Assembly (NCBI RefSeq): GCF_006345805.1 | Contig: NC_043024.1 | Span: 3,038,001 to 3,102,000 of the forward strand | DNA length: 64,000 bases | From: Octopus sinensis | Taxonomy: Eukaryota | Direction: 5' to 3' | Part shown: in pieces, positions 57,238 to 64,000 of the stretch | Numbering within the stretch: position 1 is the first letter of the stretch | Layout: the number at the start of each line of letters is the position of its first letter | Translations under genes and position numbers: made by a program | Notes under the pieces: generated by a model | The model's database searches: none | Told to the model about the DNA's origin: nothing | Seen by the model: only the letters and a program-made list of their open reading frames with translations

Positions 57238-57402
57238 ATTTGTTGAGCCAACAGCTGCGGAACTGCAAGTACGAGTGCATGGTATGTTGCTGCATTGTCT
57301 ATCCTGATGCACCAATATGGAGCTGCATGCATTGCTATAACGTCTTCCATATGCCCTGCATCAAGAAATGGGCCCTCTCACCTGCAGCTGCTGTCGTCAC
57401 AG
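57238..57402 (+). CDS. NFX1: NFX1 coding exon 2, RING/PHD-type finger
   Basis: [49 protein letters not shown] matches the NFX1 signature KYECMVCC...WSC..CY.VFH..CIKKWA.SP. 165 nt, phase 1-1. Confidence 0.95.
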
Positions 57403-57645
57403 GTAATGTTGGCCCTTATTTTCTTCCTGTTTTTTTTTTTGAATTTTTTTACTTGTTTTTGTCATAAGGGTGTGCACCCTTGAAGGGTTTTTATTCAAAT
57501 GAATTAATCCCAGTAATTGTTTTTTTTATATTTTAGCCCGTTAGTCACTTCTGTTGAACTGCTAAGTTACAGGGATGTAAACAAACCAACAGTGGCTGTC
57601 AAGTGGTGGTGGGGGACAAAGACACATGCACACATACTCACGCAC

Positions 57646-57695
<50 letters not shown>

Positions 57696-58305
57696 TTTTA
57701 TTTGTTTCAGTCATTTGACTGCGGCCATGCTGGAGCACTGCCTTTAGTCGAGCTAATCGACCCCGGGACTTATTCTTTGTAAGCCCAGTACTTATTCTAT
57801 CGGTCTCTTTTGCCGAACCGCTAAGTGACGGGGACATGAACACACCAGCATCGGTTGTCAAGCAATGCTAGGGGGACAAACACAGACACACAAACACACA
57901 TACACATACATATATATACATATATACGATGGGCTTCTTTCAGTTTCCGTCTACCAAATCCACTCACAAGGCTTTGGTGAACCCGAGGCTATAGTAGAAG
58001 ACACTTGCCCAAGGTGCCACGCAGTGGGACTGAACCCGGAACCATGTGGTTGGTAAACAAGCTACTTACCACACAGCCACTCCTGCACCTATTTTCTTTC
58101 AATTAAGAAAAAAAAAAAAAAATGGATGTAAACAAACAAGCACTGGTTATCACATGGTGGTTGGAGATAAAAACACATATGCATCAATCATCAAATTAAT
58201 TAATCATAAAGTTATTTTACTAAATTACTCTCATTTCTGAAAGTAATTAAAACAAAGGCAGTGTATTCCAAGAGAAAGGTGATAACAAAAGCAGTAAATA
58301 TGCCC

Positions 58306-58667
58306 ATGGGCATATGGCGTAGTGGTTAGGAGCGTGGGCTTCTAACCCCAAGATTCCGAGTTCGATTCCAGACAGTGACCTGAATCATCATCATCAGCAT
58401 CATCGTTTAATGTCTGTTTTCTATGCTAGCATGGGTTGGACGTTCGACCGGGGTCTGGGAAGCCAGGAGGCTGCACCAGGCCCAGTCAGATCTGGCAGTG
58501 TTTCTACAACTAGATGCCCTTCCTAACGCCAACCACCGGCACAGAAGCCAGTTGTGCTGGCATCGGCCACGTTCAAATGGTGCTTTTTACATGCCACCGG
58601 CACAGGGATCACAACTATAATTTCCATTTGATTTTTGATGTTGATTTACTTGACTCAATAGGTCTCC

Positions 58668-58718
<51 letters not shown>

Positions 58719-58860
58719 CATTGAAGAATACTTTAGGAATGAGAACCCAGGTTCGAAATTTCCCCCAAGACACCTGAAGAAGGCTGGAGGTTATATCAGC
58801 TGAAACGCTGTGTCAGCAACAAACAAGATGAGGACAAATAAATGTCAAATGTAAATAAAG
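58306..58860 (+). mobile_element. Family D element (head 58306-58385, tail 58670-58860) split by an RTE 3' UTR fragment; hammerhead motif at 58769-58814 with a degenerate GCT triplet
   Basis: gacac CTGAAGA a ggctg...cagct GAAAC GCT gtgtc. Confidence 0.65.
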
Positions 58861-58924
58861 TAAATAAGTGGTAAATAATCTTGTTAGTGTTTGTTATATT
58901 TGTTGTTGTCTCTCTTTTCCCCAG

Positions 58925-59002
58925 ACGATAATAAGGGCTGGAGGTGTCCCGTATGTCAAGCAGTATCAAACCACATTCCCAGACAATACAGGTGTTTCTG
59001 TG
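58925..59002 (+). CDS. NFX1: NFX1 coding exon 3 ([27 protein letters not shown])
   Basis: Canonical splice sites, 78 nt, conserved GWRCP.CQ...Y.CFCG. Confidence 0.93.
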
Positions 59003-59274
59003 GTAAGTTTCTTTGTTTTTTTTGCATTGTCCCGCTCATGTACTCTTTACTCTTTTACTTGTTTCAGTCATGGGACTGTGGCCATGCTGGAGCACCGCCT
59101 TTCAGTCGATCAAATCGACCCTCAGGACTTATTCTTTTGTAAGCCTAGTACTTATTTTATCGGTCTCTTTTTTTGCCGAACCGCTAAGTTACGGGGGACG
59201 TAAACACACCACCATCGGTTGTCAAGCGATGTTGAGGGGGGGGGAACACAGACACACAAACACGCACATACACA

Positions 59275-59316
<42 letters not shown>

Positions 59317-60483
59317 CATATATACGACAGGCTTCTTTCAGTTTCTGTCTACCAAATCCACTCACAAGGCTTTGGTGGGCCCAAGGCTATAGTAGAAGAC
59401 ACTTGCCCAAGGTGCCACGCAGTGGGAATGATCCCGGAACCATGTGGTTGGTAAGCAAGCTACTTACCACACAGCCACTCCTGTGCCTATGTATGTATGT
59501 ATTCGGTTTCCGTCTACCAAATCCACTCACAAGGTTTTGGTTGCCATGTACTGTATTTCAAAATATTTGCCCAAGGTGCCACACAGTGACGCTGAACCCA
59601 AAACCATGGCATTGCCACATCTGTGATGACATATTCATATATACACCCATCCACCCACCCACCTACCAATGTAGCAGAACCCAGTTGTGGCATCGGAAAA
59701 GAAACAGCATGGAAAACGGACGTTAAATGACGATGATGATTACTCTGTCAAATGTGAAGCTTATTTATTCATTTCACAGTGCTTTGGATTAATCCAGGAT
59801 TATCCCATAGCTGTGAGATTTCAATGATGTAATTGTTTCTTTTATGAATGACAGTGTAGGCTAGGTGTGAAAGGCTAGATCTGGCCAGGATTGAATATGA
59901 AACGGGTAAAAATATTTTGGCCTGATACGGGTCAAGTTTACTGCTAAAGGGGTTAAACCAGAGAAATTCCTGTCTGCTAGACATTCCAGTGATTCCACAC
60001 GCCATCTTCATCGTTTAACGTCCGTTCTCCATGCCAGCATGGGTTGGATGGTTCGACTGGGGATCTGGGAAGCTAGAAGGCTGCACCAGGCTCCAGTCTG
60101 ATCTGGCAGTGTTTCTACAGCTCGATGCCCTTCCTAACGACAACCACTCCGTGAGTGTAGTGGGTGCTTTTTACGTGCCAGGCAAGGCTGGCAACGGCCA
60201 CGATCGGATTGGTGCTTTTTAGGTGCCACTGGCATGGAAGCCAGTCTAGGCGGCGCTGGCATTGGCCACATTCAGATGGTGCTTTTTTACGTGCCACCGC
60301 CACAGGGATCACAACTGCAGTTTCCATTGATTTTGATGTTGGTGTACTTGACTCAATGGATCTCCTCAAGCACAGGGTCGAAATGGTGTTTCTTTGCTTG
60401 CCACCTGCACAGGAGTCAGTCCAGCGGTCCTGGCAACTGCCGGATGCTAGTCACAGGATTGGTTCAATTTCGATTCCGATTTG

Positions 60484-61437
60484 TTAGTTAGTTAGTTAGT
60501 TAATTTTTTGGCTCAAAAAGCAAAAAGCAAGGCCATGTAGGGGGACATGGAGTTATGTACAGGGTGGTGTTCATGTAAAGAGTTCAGGCCACTTGTGGTC
60601 AAGGGAGACTTTGAACCAAGTGGTCGTCGGCATCTTCAGTATCTCATCCGGCAGCTTATCCCACGGATCCGCAACCCGGACGGAGAAAGCCCCTCTCCTT
60701 TGATTGAGATGAAATCGTCGCAGATAGAGCTTTTCGGAGTGACCCCGCAGCTGACACTCTGGAGCAGGAATGAAGAACAGCTCTTTCGAGAGGTTACACT
60801 TTCTGCTTATGATGTTGTGACGCCATGTAGGGGGACAGGGAATTATGTACAGGGAGGGTGGTCATACAAAGAGTTCAGGCCATTTCTGGTCAAGAGAGAT
60901 TTGAAAAGAGCGGTTGTCGGCATCTTCACTATCTGGTCCGGCAGCTTATTCCACAGATCTGCAACCCGGACGGAGAAAGCCCCTCTCCTTCGATTGAGAT
61001 GAAATCGTCGTAGATAGAGCTTTTCGGAGTGACCCCGCAGCCTACGCTCTGGAGCAGGAGTGAAGAACAGCTCTTTCGAGAGGTTACACTTTCTGCTTAT
61101 GATGTTGTGACGCCATGTAGGGGGACAGGGAATTATGTACAGGGAGGGTGGTCATACAAAGAGTTCAGGCCATTTCTGGTCAAGAGAGACTTTGAAACGA
61201 GCGGTTGTCGGCATCTTCACTATCTGGTCCGGCAGCTTATTCCACAGATCTGCAACCCGGACGGAGAAAGCCCCTCTCCTTCGATTGAGATGAAATCGTC
61301 GTAGATAGAGCTTTTCGGAGTGACCCCGCAGCCTACGCTCTGGAGCAGGAGTGAAGAACAGCTCTTTCGAGAGGTTACACTTTCCGCTTATGATGTTGTG
61401 AGCAAGAATGAGATCACCACGGCGTCGTCGTTTTTCT
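60484..61437 (-). mobile_element. CR1-type LINE 3' fragment in three tandem copies of about 290 bp, with a (TAAC)n tail
   Basis: RRRRGDLI...GHSEKL...FSVRVADLWNKLP; gccatgtagggggaca recurs at about 60532, 60823 and 61113. Confidence 0.85.
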
Positions 61438-61464
61438 AAAAAAAAAAAAACTTTGTCATTCCAG

Positions 61465-61567
61465 GTAAAGCGGTGAATCCACAATGGAACCATTATGATA
61501 CGCCACACTGTTGTGGGGAACCATGTCGCAAAAAGAGGAACCAGTTTTGTCCGCATCTCTGTACATT
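61465..61567 (+). CDS. NFX1: NFX1 coding exon 4, first NF-X1-type zinc finger (GKAVNPQWNHYDTPHCCGEPCRKKRNQFCPHLCT)
   Basis: ccag| acceptor, TT|gtaagt donor, conserved PH.CGE.C.K...CPH.C. Confidence 0.92.
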
Positions 61568-61843
61568 GTAAGTTCTTTTTCTTCCTTTTGTTCTTTCAAC
61601 TGTTTCTTGTTTATTATTTACATTCCACATTACTTAATCATCGTTATATGTTTTATCTTATATTTAATTTTTCTATAATATGTAATTTTTCTAAATGGTA
61701 TAATTTAATTTTCTGTTGAATTGATAATAAAAGGTGTTTTTTTTCTAATTTATTATATAATATATATTATATTTTGTGAAATTTGAGTTAGTATTTCTAA
61801 ATTGAATTTTTCCCTGTAAGTTTGGAATAATATTCCCTCATAT

Positions 61844-61894
<51 letters not shown>

Positions 61895-62436
61895 CGGGAA
61901 GGTTTACAAAAATAAAAACAAAAGACAAAGGCAGGTAGAGTACAAACAAACAAATGTATTAGTATGGCGCTCAGGAATAGAAATAGAACAAGTCTTTACA
62001 TTTCGAGCCTACGCTCTTCGACTGAAAGATATACAGAAAAGAAACAAGGATAGAAAAAAATGCGTGTAGGAGCTAACGGTCTATATATACACACAAAATT
62101 TAGAGGACTGACCACTAAAAAAATGGACAGCCTATATGCTAGATATAGACGTTAAAATCACCATTTTCCACGAAGAATGTGTTCTCAAGAAAAATTCAGC
62201 AAAAAAACCAAGGTGTAAAAATAAGCAAGACAAATGAAAATATATGAAATAAAAAAACGATTACCTATGTACTAATTAGTTTCACTTGTTAATATTTACG
62301 TATATGGATGCGTCAACATCTGCAAGATCATCAGCATAGTCTGTCGTTTACAAAACACAATTTCCAGAACTAGATACAGAACGCTCGACCGAAATCCAGC
62401 ATGTATAAAGTTCCACAAATTATATGTATGTGTACT

Positions 62437-62470
<34 letters not shown>

Positions 62471-63133
62471 GGAGAGGCACTGAGCAGCTATACGCACACA
62501 TACACACACGGCAGTAACTTCCACCTACCGAATTCAATCCCAAAGCTTCGGTCGGCTCGGGGCTATAGCGGAAGACACCTGTGGGACTGAACCCGAAACC
62601 ATGTAGCTAGGAAGCAAGCTCCCTAACCACACAGCCTTGCCCGATATATACTCTTTTACTCTTTTACTTGTTTCAGTCATTTGACTGTGGCCATGCTGGA
62701 GCACCGCCTTTAATCGAGCAACTCGATCCCGGGACTTATTCTTTTGTAAGCCCAGTACTTATTCTATCGGTCTCTTTTGCCGAATCGCTAAGTAACGGGG
62801 ACATAAACACACCAGCATCGGTTGTCAATCAATGCTAGGGAGACAAACACAGACACACAAACACACACACGCATATATATATATAATATACATATATACG
62901 ACGGGCTTCTTTCAGTTTCCATCTACCAAATACACTCATAAGGCTTTGGTCGGCTCGAGGCTATAGTAGAAGACACTTGCCCAAGGTGCCACGCAGTGGG
63001 ACTGAACCCGGAACCATGTGGTTGGTAAGCAAGCTACTTACCACACAGCCACTCCTGCGCCTATATATATATATATATATATATTTAAATATAGTTTATA
63101 TATATATAATAATATTTATATTTTTAATTTCAG

Positions 63134-63205
63134 GTCCTGCCATCCTGGGCCGTGTCCTTCCTGTCATTTAAATGTCACCAAGAAATGTATCTGTGGCAAG
63201 AAAAG
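63134..63205 (+). CDS. NFX1: NFX1 coding exon 5 (LSCHPGPCPSCHLNVTKKCICGKK); gene continues beyond the window
   Basis: The CHPGPCP.C motif is diagnostic. Phase 2 matches the previous exon. Confidence 0.93.
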
Positions 63206-63641
63206 GTTTGTTTCTTACCTGATCAATTCTTCATTCTTGATTTCTTTTCTTTTTTTATTACTTTCCTAATTCCAATAATTGTATCACACCCATGTGACCA
63301 TGTGGTCACTCCATCTTTAACAGTTTCGGCTGATTTCATCAACACCACCATCATCTTAACGTCCTTTTTTTTCATACGTGTATGGTTGCACAGAGTTTAT
63401 CAGCGAATTTTCTATGGCTGGATGCTCTTTCTGTCACCGACACTCACCTGTTTCCAAGTAAGATAACATTTCCCCCATGACCATTCATATAAACAACTAT
63501 GTGGTGTCACATAAAGGCACACAGCACCCTCTGTAACTTGGTTGGCATTAAGGAGAGCATCCAGCCATAGAAGCCATGCCAAATCGGACTGGAGCCTAGT
63601 GCAGCTCCCTAGCTTGCCAGCTCTGGTCAAACTAACCAACT

Positions 63642-64000
63642 CATTATTTACATTTGACGGATATTTGTCCTCATCTTGTTTGTTGTTAACACAACATTTC
63701 GGCTGATATACCCTCCAGCCTTCATCAGGTGTCTTGGGGAAATTTCGAACCTGGGTTCTCATTCCTAAGGTACTTTTTTGATATTATTATTATTATTATA
63801 TGGCGTAGTGGTTAAGAGCGCGGGCTACTAACCCTTAGATTCCGAGTTTGATTCCAGGCAGTGACCTGAATAATAACAACAACAACATTGAAAAATACCC
63901 TAGGAATGAGAACCCAGGTTTGAAATTTCCCCAAGACACCTGATGAAGGCTGGAGGGTATACCAGCCGAAACGTTGGGTTAACAACAAACAAGATGAGGA
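63642..64000 (+). mobile_element. Family D element with two divergent hammerhead motifs (63688-63733 on -, 63935-63980 on +) around a tRNA-like head
   Basis: A box tggcgtagtgg at 63800-63810. Plus strand: gacac CTGATGA a ggctgg agggtata ccagcc GAAAC GTT gggtt. Confidence 0.78.

Noticed and set aside
62318-62345. CTGATGA on the minus strand
   Set aside because: It is part of a DYADDLA reverse-transcriptase motif remnant, not a hammerhead.

Overview
This is AT-rich, repeat-dense animal genomic DNA. The SINE families, the CDICGKSF-type C2H2 fingers and the microsatellite load point to an octopus (inferred, not proven). It has three protein genes. (1) A 7-exon, all-phase-1, TATA-driven gene at 12711-27873 (+) predicted to encode a novel 201-aa secreted protein with three His-rich 4-Cys (VWC/FnI-like) modules, built by tandem duplication of 4.5-5.8 kb intron-exon units. 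(2) A single-coding-exon C2H2 zinc-finger gene (-, at least 13 fingers) cut by a 100-N gap at 37724-37823. (3) The 5' half of an NFX1 orthologue (+, 53552-63205, continuing past the window). The rest is tRNA-derived SINEs, RTE and CR1 LINE remnants, mariner remnants and MITEs, two non-autonomous Helitrons, mini- and microsatellites. Several Penelope-type repeat families carry hammerhead ribozyme motifs, including a tRNA-headed SINE-like element with a minimal hammerhead in its tail and a back-to-back inverted pair of type I hammerheads. Most long ORFs in the supplied track are repeat artefacts. All calls were read by eye; no searches were run.
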